From assembly GCA_019058445.1 (NCBI GenBank), contig JAHPZA010000006.1, positions 705,063 to 769,062 on the forward strand: a stretch of 64,000 nt of DNA. The letters are read 5' to 3'. The stretch's first letter is position 1. Each line of letters opens with the position of its first letter. This DNA comes from Promethearchaeota archaeon. Its GTDB lineage: Archaea > Asgardarchaeota > Lokiarchaeia > Sigyniarchaeales > SOKP01. Below are positions 34,915 through 45,587 of the stretch, piece after piece. The notes under the pieces were generated by a model that saw nothing but the letters and a program-made list of their open reading frames with translations, was not told the origin of the DNA and made no database searches. The translations under genes and the position numbers were made by a program.

Positions 34915-36552
34915 TTGGGGAATAAAATGAGATTAGATCAAATTATTAAAATCATCGCGAAAAATAATCATGATAAAATTGCCCTTGTAGATGTGATGGC
35001 GGGCGAGAAGACTATTACTTATGGGGAGTATGAGCAAAGATGTAATAGTTTTGGTAATTATCTTATTAATGACTTTAAAATTGAGTCCAACGAGAGAATT
35101 GCACTTTTGCTCGAAAACAGTATTGAGATCTGTGTGGCTTATTATTCTATCTGCCGAACATCTGCAATTACGGTTCCACTTAATTTTTTTATGGCAAAAA
35201 AGGAGATAGAATACTGTCTAAATGATTGTAAACCAAAAATTCTGATTTATGGGAGTAGATTTAAAGATGATATAGATTATTATCGAAAAAAATGTCCTTA
35301 CATTAAAGAGTTTATTTCTGAAGAAAAATTTGAGGAACTTAGCTTAATTCCGTTTACGGAACGGAGATTGAAGCCTCCAAGAAGGCCAACCTCTGAAGAT
35401 ACAGTATTTATTGCTTATACTGGAGGGACTACAGGCTTTCCTAAAGGAGTTATGCTGACCCATCAAGGACTTGTTGACAATATGGCAAGGAGTGCGGATA
35501 CCATCTTAAAATCTCTTAAAGAGAGACCTGATTTTAAAGCAGAAAGCTTGGAAATACTCGAGCAACAAGTAATTATTCCTATTCCTATTTTTCATTTAGC
35601 AGCAATGATTGTGTTTTTGATGTCATCCGGAGCTGGATATACAATGTATTTACATAGAGGTTTTCGAGCAGAAAAAATAGCCCAAACAATTGATAAATTT
35701 AAGGCAAATCATTTGGTTTGTGTACCTACTAATATTATTTCGCTCATAGAATTTTTGGAATCTGAAGAAGCTAAAAAATATGATTTAAGCGGCCTCAAAC
35801 ATTTAACTTATGGTGCAGCACCTATATCTCCAACAGTATTAGCTAAAGCTTTAGAATTATTACCGGATACTAACTTCCGACAAGCATACGGACAAACTGA
35901 ATATTCTCCTGTTATTACTCAACTAACTTCTGAAGATCATGAATATGCAAAGAAAAATCCCGAAATTTTAAAAAGTGGTGGTCGACCTTTAGTTGGTACT
36001 GAAGTAGCTACTGCTGATGAGAATGGAACTATCCTTCCTAAAGGTGAAGTTGGACAGGTAATAGCTTCAGGAAAATCTATAATGAAAGGATATTGGAATA
36101 AAGACAATTTAACCCAAGATACTATCCGAGAAATTAATGGTAAAATATGGTTATTTACAGGTGATATGGGGTATGTAAAAGAGATTGATGGTAGAGATTA
36201 TTTATTTTTAACGGATCGGGCAAAGGATATGATTGTAAGCGGGGGAGAAAATATATATCCAAAGGAAATTGAAAATGTTATTTACCGAATTAATGGTGTT
36301 AAAATGTGTGCTGTTATAGGTATACCAGATAAGAAGTGGGGTGAAGCGGTAGTGGCATTAATTGTGCCCAAAAAAGGCGCAACCCTCAATGAAGAACAAA
36401 TCATAAATTACTGTGGAGAATATCTTGCCAGTTATAAAAAGCCTAAAAAAGTAATATTCAGAGATAACTTACCCGTTAGTGCACAAGGAAAGATTTTAAA
36501 AAGAAAACTAAGAGAAGAATTTTGGAAAGAGGAAAAACGACTTATCCACTAA
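34915..36552 (+). CDS. AMP-forming acyl-CoA synthetase/ligase family protein
   Basis: IAYTGGTTGFPKGVMLTH (AMP-binding motif), YGQTE, TGDMGY, and C-terminal GKILKRKLRE. The likely start is ATG 34927. Confidence 0.85.
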   Translation: MGNKMRLDQIIKIIAKNNHDKIALVDVMAGEKTITYGEYEQRCNSFGNYLINDFKIESNERIALLLENSIEICVAYYSICRTSAITVPLNFFMAKKEIEYCLNDCKPKILIYGSRFKDDIDYYRKKCPYIKEFISEEKFEELSLIPFTERRLKPPRRPTSEDTVFIAYTGGTTGFPKGVMLTHQGLVDNMARSADTILKSLKERPDFKAESLEILEQQVIIPIPIFHLAAMIVFLMSSGAGYTMYLHRGFRAEKIAQTIDKFKANHLVCVPTNIISLIEFLESEEAKKYDLSGLKHLTYGAAPISPTVLAKALELLPDTNFRQAYGQTEYSPVITQLTSEDHEYAKKNPEILKSGGRPLVGTEVATADENGTILPKGEVGQVIASGKSIMKGYWNKDNLTQDTIREINGKIWLFTGDMGYVKEIDGRDYLFLTDRAKDMIVSGGENIYPKEIENVIYRINGVKMCAVIGIPDKKWGEAVVALIVPKKGATLNEEQIINYCGEYLASYKKPKKVIFRDNLPVSAQGKILKRKLREEFWKEEKRLIH

Positions 36553-36682
36553 AACATTTATATTATTTTATCTTTTCAATCCCTATTATCCTATTCGGAC
36601 CATTGAGAGTATGTTTACCTGCACCGCTTTTTGCGCAATTGTATCATAAAAATCGAAAACAGAATAATTAACATCTTATATT

Positions 36683-37486
36683 ATGAGTGAGAAAAGAAAA
36701 AATGAAATCCGGAATTTACTAATATATTTTTCAATTACCTATATTATTTCATGGCTAATTTGGCTTTTTCCAATAATCTTTAATTTTTCAAATATAAACC
36801 GTTTTGTGTTTTATGCGGGTGGGGTAATTGGTCCGTGTATAGGGGCATATTTAACAACTTTAATTACTGAAAAAACGGAAGGCTTCAAAATATTATGGAA
36901 AAGAGTATGGAGTTTCAAATTTGATAAAAAGTGGTTGATACCAACACTTTTTATGATGCCCTTTATATTTTTGGTTTTAAATTTAATTGCCGGGGAAAAC
37001 TTTCTAAGTAAGGTATTAACAACAAATCCTTCAAATCTTATTCTGTGGGCAATATTGTTCTATATAGCAGCAGCATTCGAAGAAGTTGGCTGGCGAGGAT
37101 ACGCTCTTGATAGACTCCAATCAAAAACCAATGCTTTCTTTTCCAGTCTAATTCTTGGATTAGTTTGGGGCTTATGGCACTTACCGTTATTGATTTATTA
37201 TTGGCTTTTTCCCATTAGATTTATCTATTTATATCTAATTTTTGTCGTCTTTTTATCAATAATGTTTACATTTCTCTATAATAATACAAACAGAAATATC
37301 TTTATTGTTACATTTTTTCATGCAATCATAAATGTTCTATTAAGTTTCTTCACCCCCTTAAAGATAGCAGATAGAGACATCCTTTATTACTATTTAAATT
37401 CAATCATTCTCCTCATGGATATTATTTTAATAATCATATTTGGCCCTAAAAAGTTAAAACGAGAGAATGATAAAAATACGTTATGA
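36683..37486 (+). CDS. CPBP-family intramembrane glutamic endopeptidase (CAAX-protease-like)
   Basis: AAAFEEVGWRGY (the EExxxR motif), GLWHLP, and FFHAIINV (second His motif). Confidence 0.7.
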   Translation: MSEKRKNEIRNLLIYFSITYIISWLIWLFPIIFNFSNINRFVFYAGGVIGPCIGAYLTTLITEKTEGFKILWKRVWSFKFDKKWLIPTLFMMPFIFLVLNLIAGENFLSKVLTTNPSNLILWAILFYIAAAFEEVGWRGYALDRLQSKTNAFFSSLILGLVWGLWHLPLLIYYWLFPIRFIYLYLIFVVFLSIMFTFLYNNTNRNIFIVTFFHAIINVLLSFFTPLKIADRDILYYYLNSIILLMDIILIIIFGPKKLKRENDKNTL

Positions 37487-37491
37487 GATTT

Positions 37492-38616
37492 TTAATTTCT
37501 AAAATACTTAATAACCATTTTCAGACACTTATTTGAACGCGGAATATATTTAAGACCACATAAAATTGAAATATTGAATAGAATAATATGCTTCACACCA
37601 ACCTTCGCATAGTTTTCAATTTGACCAATTACCTCATCTGGAGTACCGCTTAGGTAAAAATCACGGCACATTTTTGTAGGGATCTTTTCAAGTATCTGTA
37701 GCATTGAATCTTTATCATAATGTGTAGGAATAAATTCTAAAGTTCCATCAATATTTTCTCCGAGAGGATGTGATAATCCATATGGCTTGAAATCTTCATG
37801 ATATAAGGGAATTAAGGTATTTTTTGTAATTGGATTTTTGAGCATTTTATCAACTTCATCCCTTTCCTCATCAGTTATAACTCCCATAATAAGTGCAGGA
37901 GTAATCTCATCCATATTTCTGCCTGCTTTCTGTGCGAATTTTCGAAGAATCCCTAGTTTTACTTTATAAATTTCTGGTTTTAAAAATATAGGTAACCAAC
38001 CATCACCCAATCTGCCGGTTATATCTAGCATTCTGTTTCCACGAGCGGCTATCCATATTGGGGGAAATTTTCCTTTTTTAAAAGGTTTTAATCTGAGGAG
38101 GGCATTTTTTAACTTCCAAATATTTCCATCATAGTCTATTTTTTCATCACTTTCCCATAACCTTCTAATGATTATAACAGCTTCTTCTAATGTACTCACG
38201 GGTTTCTCCCATTTAATTCCGTAAGGAATGGTATTTTCTTTTTCGCCCGCTCCTATCCCTAGTATTGACCTCCCTCTGGATAATTCATCTAAAGTTAGAA
38301 AGGTTTGTGCAAGTACCGCAGGATTCCTTCTAAAAGGTTCGGTTACTCCTGTTCCAAGGTTAATTTTTTTTGTGTTTAAGGCAGTAGCAGTCATCATAGC
38401 AAAAACATCATATATGAGATGGGGGCTGGGATAAACTGTAGCAAGATCGGTAATCTCTGGAATCCATATAGATTCCGGTACCCAATTTAAGATGTGATCG
38501 GCAAAAAATATAGAATCATATCCCTCATTTTCATAGCTTTTGACTGTGTTGATATTACTTTTAAATGGGGGTATAAAGGTTCCCTCTCTTCCTATCTTTA
38601 GATCACTAATGTCCAT
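37492..38616 (-). CDS. Luciferase-like (LLM-class), probably F420-dependent, flavin oxidoreductase
   Basis: TIM-barrel LLM pattern: YDSIFFADH, LGTGVTEPFRRNPAVLAQTFLTLDELSRGRSILGIGAGE, IWIAARGNRML. Confidence 0.6.
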   Translation of the reverse strand: MDISDLKIGREGTFIPPFKSNINTVKSYENEGYDSIFFADHILNWVPESIWIPEITDLATVYPSPHLIYDVFAMMTATALNTKKINLGTGVTEPFRRNPAVLAQTFLTLDELSRGRSILGIGAGEKENTIPYGIKWEKPVSTLEEAVIIIRRLWESDEKIDYDGNIWKLKNALLRLKPFKKGKFPPIWIAARGNRMLDITGRLGDGWLPIFLKPEIYKVKLGILRKFAQKAGRNMDEITPALIMGVITDEERDEVDKMLKNPITKNTLIPLYHEDFKPYGLSHPLGENIDGTLEFIPTHYDKDSMLQILEKIPTKMCRDFYLSGTPDEVIGQIENYAKVGVKHIILFNISILCGLKYIPRSNKCLKMVIKYFRN

Positions 38617-38647
38617 GAAATCACTTTTTATTATTCTTCAAATTGAA

Positions 38648-40012
38648 TTATAATACTTTCTCAGCTATTTCGGCTACCCGATAACCACTTTCTACAGAAC
38701 CAGGTGTCCCTATAAGGCCTGGAGTTATGCATGAATCACCCACGTTGAATAGATTGGTTATTGGCGTCTCCAATGGCATACCGTAACAAAGCCATGTACG
38801 CCCTTCAGGCCATTCATTAATAATGCCGCATGCCCTCATTTTTAAAATTCGACCGTACTTTTCGAAATCAGGATAAAATTCCTTAATATCAAGTTTAACC
38901 TGCTCCATCTCATATTTTACATCCATAGGGTGGAGAGTCGATTCGGACTTAGCTGATGTATAAAAAAGATGCTGGCCCGTGGGAACAAGTTCTGGGCAGA
39001 TATTACTAATTGGGATGACTGTTTTAATTCTTCGAGAGCCCATTATTATTTCCAATCCATCGTCTATTCCTTCCAGGCAGAGGGGCTTATCGCTTGCGAC
39101 TAAAACCAGTAAACATGGGCTTGGTCTGAGCTTAATGCGCATATTTTTAAGATACTCATCATTAAAATGTTCTTTTCCTGCTAAATCTACTGTTGTTTTG
39201 GCCCCCGTATTACTGATAACAACCTTACATTTTACTTCTAGTTGTTCTCCACCTTTTTCAACGATTACACCTGTAGCCCTTCCATCATTGATAATTATTT
39301 TCCTCACAGAGCAATTAGTCCATACAGCTCCATTTTTCCTAACTACATTAGCAAGTTCTTCTGCAATGCTGATGTTTCCATTAGGAGTTATATAAAATTT
39401 AGTCATTTCTTGGAAAAGGAAAAATTTTGAAATAGGTAGCTCCCAGGAGTGAGCCATCATCAATCCTGTACAGAGAGTATCAAAAGCATCGTGCACCTTT
39501 TCATTCTCAGTATATTGGAGAAGCCAATCTCGAACAGTTATAATTTCTTCTTGCTTTATCCCCCGCATTTTTTTATAGTAACCACGCATGATCTTACTTA
39601 ATTCGACAGGTTTCATTGGACGCTTCTTCTTTTCAGCATCTTCCCGCTCGAGTTTATCAATAATGTCAAGGGCTTTTGGTACCCCTATGTCAGGTGGGAT
39701 TTCATATCTTTTTCCATCAATTCTATAAAACACGCGTGTTATTGGTCTTAAATTGTCAATATTAATTCCCATCTCCTCAAGTAATTTTATCACCCATCCA
39801 TCTGGGATAAGAATCGCACCAGTGGGTAATTTGAAACCTTCATATTCAAAAGTAGAAAATCTGCCTCCTACACGACTTCTACTCTCCACTACAAGTATTT
39901 TAAACCCCTTACGGGAAAGAAGGCTTGCTGCTGTTAATCCACCCAAACCTGATCCAATAATCACTATATCATAATCATCATCTATCATGTCATCCCCTCT
40001 CGAAGATAACAC
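38648..40012 (-). CDS. FAD-dependent oxidoreductase (phytoene-desaturase/amine-oxidase-like fold)
   Basis: YDIVIIGSGLGGLTAASLLSRKGFKILVVESRSRVGGR (a GxGxxG dinucleotide fold with the downstream GG motif). An alternative start at Met9 (39988) would lie 1 nt after the FixX-like stop. Confidence 0.6.
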   Translation of the reverse strand: MLSSRGDDMIDDDYDIVIIGSGLGGLTAASLLSRKGFKILVVESRSRVGGRFSTFEYEGFKLPTGAILIPDGWVIKLLEEMGINIDNLRPITRVFYRIDGKRYEIPPDIGVPKALDIIDKLEREDAEKKKRPMKPVELSKIMRGYYKKMRGIKQEEIITVRDWLLQYTENEKVHDAFDTLCTGLMMAHSWELPISKFFLFQEMTKFYITPNGNISIAEELANVVRKNGAVWTNCSVRKIIINDGRATGVIVEKGGEQLEVKCKVVISNTGAKTTVDLAGKEHFNDEYLKNMRIKLRPSPCLLVLVASDKPLCLEGIDDGLEIIMGSRRIKTVIPISNICPELVPTGQHLFYTSAKSESTLHPMDVKYEMEQVKLDIKEFYPDFEKYGRILKMRACGIINEWPEGRTWLCYGMPLETPITNLFNVGDSCITPGLIGTPGSVESGYRVAEIAEKVL

Positions 40013-40253
40013 CTGTTCCCCCCGCAGGATAATTAAAATCTATAGCACCAGGTTCACACACTTGACCACAGCTTCCGCATTCTAAACATTTTTCCTTATA
40101 GTCATCTCTAATGAATGCAATATTATTCTTTATTCCCCATAAATTTACAATGCATATTCTAACACACATACCACATCCATTACATTTATTTTGATCGATT
40201 TTAATAAAATCTCCCGTCCCTGGAATATGATTAGTTAAATCATTAACGTCCAT
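39990..40253 (-). CDS. FixX-like ferredoxin-like protein
   Basis: 87 aa with CNGCGMCVRIC and CLECGSCGQVCEPGAI. It lies directly downstream of the FixC-like gene (2-nt gap). Confidence 0.6.
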   Translation of the reverse strand: MDVNDLTNHIPGTGDFIKIDQNKCNGCGMCVRICIVNLWGIKNNIAFIRDDYKEKCLECGSCGQVCEPGAIDFNYPAGGTGVIFERG

Positions 40254-40255
40254 TT

Positions 40256-41659
40256 TTATGATCTCCTCCTTCGCTTTTTCTTTTTTGGAAGCAATTCCAT
40301 CACTTTTGGAAGTGCTTTCATCAATTTCTGAGGATCCATCATGTCATCAAGATCATCCTCAAAAATTTTGGCAACAAGCGGAAAGACATATTTCAAGATA
40401 AAAGGTAAGGCTTGTGGCATATATGATTTAATATGAGCTGCAATTTGTCGAACTCGTTTTGTATGTGGCTGTGACCAATCATAAATCCCTCCTAGTGCTT
40501 CCATGAGCATTGGTACGAACCAAGTCATCGTTTCTTTAGGACTAAAGGGTAATGCCTTCCATATATTATATAATTCTTCGCCTGCTTCGAATTCTTCGCC
40601 TACACTTGTTTTTTGCCACATCTTATCAAATCTAGAGAGTTTGTTTTTGGAAGCATCTCCAGATGTAACTGCATCAGCTGCGACTTCTGCAGCTATTTTT
40701 CCCGTGACCATTGCTGGATAAATACCTTCCGCTTCGAGAGGACATGGAAATCCTCCGGCATCTCCAATTAAGATGACACCATCCGTATGTGTATTATACG
40801 GATACTGTAACCATGGAAGAAGATGAGATTGTAGCTCCCTAGGTTTAGCCTCTAATATCCTTAATAATCTTTGGTAATATTTCAGATTAATAACTCTATT
40901 TAGATAAAATAAGGGATTTTTATCCCATTTAATTAACCAATTCCCTAAACCTTGATGAAAGCCATCATTAAAAAAGACTTGATAAGATGCTGGAAATGTA
41001 GCAGACCACCACACCGCAAGCGCTTCATCCCCCATAATATCATCGATCTTTTTTGGAGGTGCGTGAAAGTCATACTGGGGAACTAATGTTATCTGGTCTT
41101 TTGACCATTTTGTTCTTAACCCACTTTGTTTTGCAACGATCGATATAGCCCCATCCGCTCCTATTACAACGGGGGCTTTATATTTTTCTCCATGCTCATC
41201 CACAACCCCACAAACTTTGCCATCTTCCTTTAGCAGACTCACTACAAGAGTGGAACTTTTCAATTCAGCACCTGCATTAGTCGCAAATTCAGCAATCCAT
41301 GGGTCAAACTCACTGCGATAACAATTCATCGTAATCCAGCTTTTCGCGGGTTCATAAGAAACAGATTCAGTGGGGCGTGACATGACATATCCCGCAACTA
41401 CACCCTCTTCATTAATAAAATAACATCGAGCTGCACTCCCTGCTCTCATAGAGGGACATTTTTCAGGAGTCAATTCTTTCATCAGATCTGGGAAATCTTT
41501 CCACATACGGGGCCCTAAGCCACACCCAGAAGAGTTTTTTTCTCCAGGTCTTCTACCTCGCTCAAAAAAGATGGTTTTCAATCCTAATTCAGCTGCAGTT
41601 TTGGCAGCCATGGAACCTCCTGGTCCACCACCAACAATAACAATATCATAGACATTCAA
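40256..41659 (-). CDS. FixC/geranylgeranyl-reductase-family FAD-dependent oxidoreductase with a poly-basic C-terminal tail
   Basis: YDIVIVGGGPGGSMAAKTAAELGLKTIFFERGRRPGEKNSSGCGL resembles the FixC pattern ERG...G-x-KN-x-x-G. It is paired with a FixX-like gene. It ends in PKKKKRRRRS. Confidence 0.55.
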   Translation of the reverse strand: MNVYDIVIVGGGPGGSMAAKTAAELGLKTIFFERGRRPGEKNSSGCGLGPRMWKDFPDLMKELTPEKCPSMRAGSAARCYFINEEGVVAGYVMSRPTESVSYEPAKSWITMNCYRSEFDPWIAEFATNAGAELKSSTLVVSLLKEDGKVCGVVDEHGEKYKAPVVIGADGAISIVAKQSGLRTKWSKDQITLVPQYDFHAPPKKIDDIMGDEALAVWWSATFPASYQVFFNDGFHQGLGNWLIKWDKNPLFYLNRVINLKYYQRLLRILEAKPRELQSHLLPWLQYPYNTHTDGVILIGDAGGFPCPLEAEGIYPAMVTGKIAAEVAADAVTSGDASKNKLSRFDKMWQKTSVGEEFEAGEELYNIWKALPFSPKETMTWFVPMLMEALGGIYDWSQPHTKRVRQIAAHIKSYMPQALPFILKYVFPLVAKIFEDDLDDMMDPQKLMKALPKVMELLPKKKKRRRRS

Positions 41660-41817
41660 TTTTTTATTCCCTCCCTATAAATAAATAACTTTGGCATTTA
41701 TTACTATTCTATACTATCACTATAGAATTATTTAAAAGTTGTTTCAGTTCATCTAAAACATACCAAAATCTTTAAAAAAATGTTTGATTTCAGTTATTAA
41801 ACTATTTTTGATCATGA

Positions 41818-42528
41818 TTGTTTAACATGAGTGTTAATATGAACTCAAAATCTAAGCGAAACATTGAAAAAGAAATAGTTGAGTGCTTAATCGATAATAA
41901 TTACGGTATGACCATCTTAGGTATTGCAAATAAGATTGGTGTTAGTCGAAATACTATATATCGTTATATAGGAATTTTAGAGGGAAAAAATGAAGTCTTT
42001 AAACGTCAAGTTGGGTCCTATAAATTGTACTATTCAAAAGAAGCAAGATTAATTTCACGAAAAATCATATTATCATTTTATAAAGGATTATTAATTGCTC
42101 TTAATGATGAAATTCAATTAAATCCTATTCGATTCAAAGTTTTAGGAAAGAAAATTGCTAGATATTTAGACATACCTTTTGAAATTGAAGATTACCAGAA
42201 ATTGGTTAACACAGATGAATCAATAAAGTTAAATGATTTAAAACTGTTTTCTTCTTTACAGCCTTACTTTTCTCTGCTGCATGATAAGATTACTTTAAAA
42301 AAAATAATAAAATCACAAGATGGTAAGAGGGTCATCGTAGATTTTGTAGATTCTGACCTTCTAGAAGAAGAGCTTCCTTATATTTATCATTTTTATATTA
42401 TCTCAGGAATTGTAGAAGCTAAATTTGCCCAATTTTTTGATATGAAAGTTAAATGTGATGTCTTAGATTATAAAACATTAAAAGAGGATAAAGAAAATTA
42501 TATTAGAATATCTTTAGAGTTACCTTAA
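41818..42528 (+). CDS. Winged-helix transcriptional regulator candidate
   Basis: The N-terminal GMTILGIANKIGVSRNTIYRYIGILEGKNEVFKRQVGSYKLYY is an HTH plus wing. It is divergent from the FixC operon and upstream of the FAD-oxidase genes. Confidence 0.45.
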   Translation: MFNMSVNMNSKSKRNIEKEIVECLIDNNYGMTILGIANKIGVSRNTIYRYIGILEGKNEVFKRQVGSYKLYYSKEARLISRKIILSFYKGLLIALNDEIQLNPIRFKVLGKKIARYLDIPFEIEDYQKLVNTDESIKLNDLKLFSSLQPYFSLLHDKITLKKIIKSQDGKRVIVDFVDSDLLEEELPYIYHFYIISGIVEAKFAQFFDMKVKCDVLDYKTLKEDKENYIRISLELP

Positions 42529-42724
42529 ATATAAATGTTACAAAAGATAGAATTCCTACCCTCTCGTGATCGCTCAATTAAATTTCACAACTTTTATTTA
42601 ATTAATGAGTATAACTTACAACTAAATAATTCTTGAAAAGTATTTAAATCAATAAAAAGATATTATAACAATCTTTAAAATAATTCAGTTAAGAAGATTT
42701 ATCATAATTAAAGTCGGAAAAATT

Positions 42725-44188
42725 ATGACTGAAGATATATTATTTCAAAAATTAGTTGAAATTTTTAGCTCAAAATATGTATCAAGAGAACGAAATATTC
42801 TAAATAACTATTCCAAAGATTTAAGCTTTTATCCTGAAAAAGCTCCAAAATATGTTGCATGGCCTACTGATACAAAAAAGATTGAAGAGGTTTTAAAATT
42901 AGCTAACGAATTAAAATTTTCTGTTATTCCTATCAGTTCAAGCTCTGGTCCACGTCATCATGGAGATACTATTCCTCATAAGGATAATACTATTGTATTA
43001 GATCTTTCTAATATGAATAAAATTCTTAATATTGACAGAAAGAACAGAGTAGTTATGATTGAACCGGGAGTTACCTTCGGGAAGTTAATACCGGAACTCC
43101 AAAATAAAGGATTAAGATTACTATTACCCCTCCATCCACGGGATTCTAAATCTGTCTTAACCAGCGCATTAGAAAGAGAACCAATTACCATCCCCCGTTA
43201 TCATTGGGACAGCTCCGATCCCTTGTTATGTACTGAAGTTTTTTTTGGAACAGGAGATCTTTTTAGAACAGGTACAGCAGCAGGTCCAGGAACAATAAAA
43301 GAGCAACAAGCAACTGGTCAAGCCCAGGTAAATCCCATGGGTCCTACTCAATTCAGTCCTTTCAGAGTTATTCAAGGCGCTCAGGGCAGTTTAGGAGTTG
43401 TAACCTGGGCTACACTTAAATTAGAGTTAATCCCAACTATTCAAAAAGTGGTTCATATCCAATCAGATACTATTCCCGAATTATTAAATCTTCAGCATGA
43501 ATTAATAAAATACCGTTTATGCAACGAATTATTAATATTAAACAACTTAAATTTAGCTTGTTTAGTTAAAAAGAATGCACAAGAGATAACCGAGCTGAAA
43601 AACAAAATAAAGAGATGGAATTTACTTTATATAATTGCTGGAAGAGGAAAGTTAGCAGAAGATAAAATATCATATTTAGAAGGAGACATTAGGGATATTA
43701 TAGGAGACCTTGGGCTTAAAGGTTTAATCAGTGAAAACATCATTAATGATAATGATATTTTACAAGTTTTAAGTCAAGCAACACCTGATCCTTGGAGGTT
43801 AAAGTTAAAGGGGGGATATCAAGATATATTTTTCCTTACGAGTTTTGAAAAAATTACAGAATTTATTTCAATTGTAGAAAAAGAAGTTCCACAAGATTTA
43901 GGAATTTACATTCAACCGATTAACCAAGGAACTTCATATCACTGTGAATTTGATCTTTATTATGATCCTTCAAATGATGCAGAAAAGACGAATATTAAGG
44001 AGAAATTCTTAAAAATTAGTACTAACTTAATGGATTCTGGTGCCTTTTTTAATAGACCCTACGGAATTTTAACAAAAGAAGTATATAAAAGACATGATGA
44101 TTCAACTCAGACGGCTTTAAAAAAAGTAAAAAAGATATTTGACCCTAACAATGTGTTAAATCCAGGGGTACTATGTTTTGATGAATAA
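42725..44188 (+). CDS. FAD-linked oxidase (FAD_binding_4 / GlcD-like) family protein
   Basis: PKYVAWPTDTKKIEEVLKLANELKFSVIPISSSSGP...IVLDLSNMNKILNIDRKNRVVMIEPGVTFGKL, and C-terminal KKIFDPNNVLNPG. Confidence 0.7.
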   Translation: MTEDILFQKLVEIFSSKYVSRERNILNNYSKDLSFYPEKAPKYVAWPTDTKKIEEVLKLANELKFSVIPISSSSGPRHHGDTIPHKDNTIVLDLSNMNKILNIDRKNRVVMIEPGVTFGKLIPELQNKGLRLLLPLHPRDSKSVLTSALEREPITIPRYHWDSSDPLLCTEVFFGTGDLFRTGTAAGPGTIKEQQATGQAQVNPMGPTQFSPFRVIQGAQGSLGVVTWATLKLELIPTIQKVVHIQSDTIPELLNLQHELIKYRLCNELLILNNLNLACLVKKNAQEITELKNKIKRWNLLYIIAGRGKLAEDKISYLEGDIRDIIGDLGLKGLISENIINDNDILQVLSQATPDPWRLKLKGGYQDIFFLTSFEKITEFISIVEKEVPQDLGIYIQPINQGTSYHCEFDLYYDPSNDAEKTNIKEKFLKISTNLMDSGAFFNRPYGILTKEVYKRHDDSTQTALKKVKKIFDPNNVLNPGVLCFDE

Positions 44189-44279
44189 ATAACCATAAAT
44201 ATTATGACTAATCTTTTTCAAATTCAAGATTAGATTGATAAAATTACCTAATTATAGGTAATACGAAGGAGGATAGGAC

Positions 44280-45587
44280 ATGATGGATGATGAGGAATAC
44301 AAGCATCTGATAAGACGTTGTATCCGCTGCTCTATATGTAAATGGATTCCACAGCTTCAAATTAAAAGTAAAAAATATGCGACTATCTGTCCCGCTATAG
44401 ATATGTATAACTTCCATCCCTATAGTGGTGGTGGTAAAATAATCCTTGCGCTTGCTTTAGAAATGGAAAAAATTAAACCTTCTGAGGAACTACGCGATAT
44501 TGTTTATAAATGCACGGAATGTGGAGGCTGTGATGTCTCATGTAAATTTTTGAATAATTTGGAGCCCTTAGAAATTATAATAAAATTAAGGGAGAAATTA
44601 GTTGATTTAGGCTATGGCCCAATGCCTAAGCAACAACAATACATTGATTCTGTTAAAAAAAACAATAATCCATATAATGAACCCCATGAAAATAGATTGA
44701 ACTGGTTGCCAGAGGATATAAATATTGATCCTAATGCTCAAGTTTTATATTTTGTAGGATGCACTTCCTCCTATAGACGGAAAGAAATGGCAATTGCCGC
44801 CTGTAGAGTATTAAATGCTGCAGGAGTTCCATTTAATATCTTAGATAATGAGGAATATTGCTGTGGAAGCCCTGTTTTTCGGACTGGTGATATTAACACC
44901 TTTAAAGATTTTATGAATAAAAACGTAGATGCAATTGAAGCTAAAAATATTAAAAAAGTAGTTTTCAGTTGTGCAGGCTGCTACGATACATTTAAAGTTC
45001 ATTATCCGCTTTATCGTAATTATAATTTTGAAGTTAAGCATAGTGTTGAATTTTTTAACGAACTAATTGAAAATGGAAAATTATTATTGACGAAAAAAGT
45101 ACCCTTAACTGTTACCTATCACGATCCTTGTCATTTAGGGAGAAATGCTGAACCCTACAAGGAATGGAAAGGTAAAGTTGTGAATTTAATGCCTTTGATA
45201 TCTATTCACGTACCTCCTAAACCTAAACGATGTGGAACTGATGGGGTATATGAATCTCCCAGAGAGCTTCTGAAAAAGATTCCCGAATTGAAATTCATTG
45301 AGATGGAACGGATTAAAGAATATTCATACTGTTGTGGAGCGGGGGCTGGTGTAAAATCAGCATTTCCCGAATTTGCTCTCCATACAGCAAAAAATAGGAT
45401 ACAGGAAGCTGAAGATACTGGAGCACAAGTTATTACGTCTTCTTGTCCCTTCTGTTCGACTAATCTTCAAGATGCAATTCATGAAAGCGATTCTCTATTA
45501 AAATATTATGACATAAACGAATTATTAATGATGGCAATAGGGATCACTGATGAGAAATTAAAAGAATTTTTGGGGGAAGTTGCTTAA
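44280..45587 (+). CDS. HdrD/GlcF-like (Fe-S)-binding subunit with two ferredoxin-type Cys motifs and two CCG domains (paralog 1, intact)
   Basis: CIRCSICKWIP...ICP and CTECGGCDVSCK. The CCG domains are FVGCTSSYR...YCCGSPV and YHDPCHLGR...YCCGAGAG...CPFC. Confidence 0.7.
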   Translation: MMDDEEYKHLIRRCIRCSICKWIPQLQIKSKKYATICPAIDMYNFHPYSGGGKIILALALEMEKIKPSEELRDIVYKCTECGGCDVSCKFLNNLEPLEIIIKLREKLVDLGYGPMPKQQQYIDSVKKNNNPYNEPHENRLNWLPEDINIDPNAQVLYFVGCTSSYRRKEMAIAACRVLNAAGVPFNILDNEEYCCGSPVFRTGDINTFKDFMNKNVDAIEAKNIKKVVFSCAGCYDTFKVHYPLYRNYNFEVKHSVEFFNELIENGKLLLTKKVPLTVTYHDPCHLGRNAEPYKEWKGKVVNLMPLISIHVPPKPKRCGTDGVYESPRELLKKIPELKFIEMERIKEYSYCCGAGAGVKSAFPEFALHTAKNRIQEAEDTGAQVITSSCPFCSTNLQDAIHESDSLLKYYDINELLMMAIGITDEKLKEFLGEVA

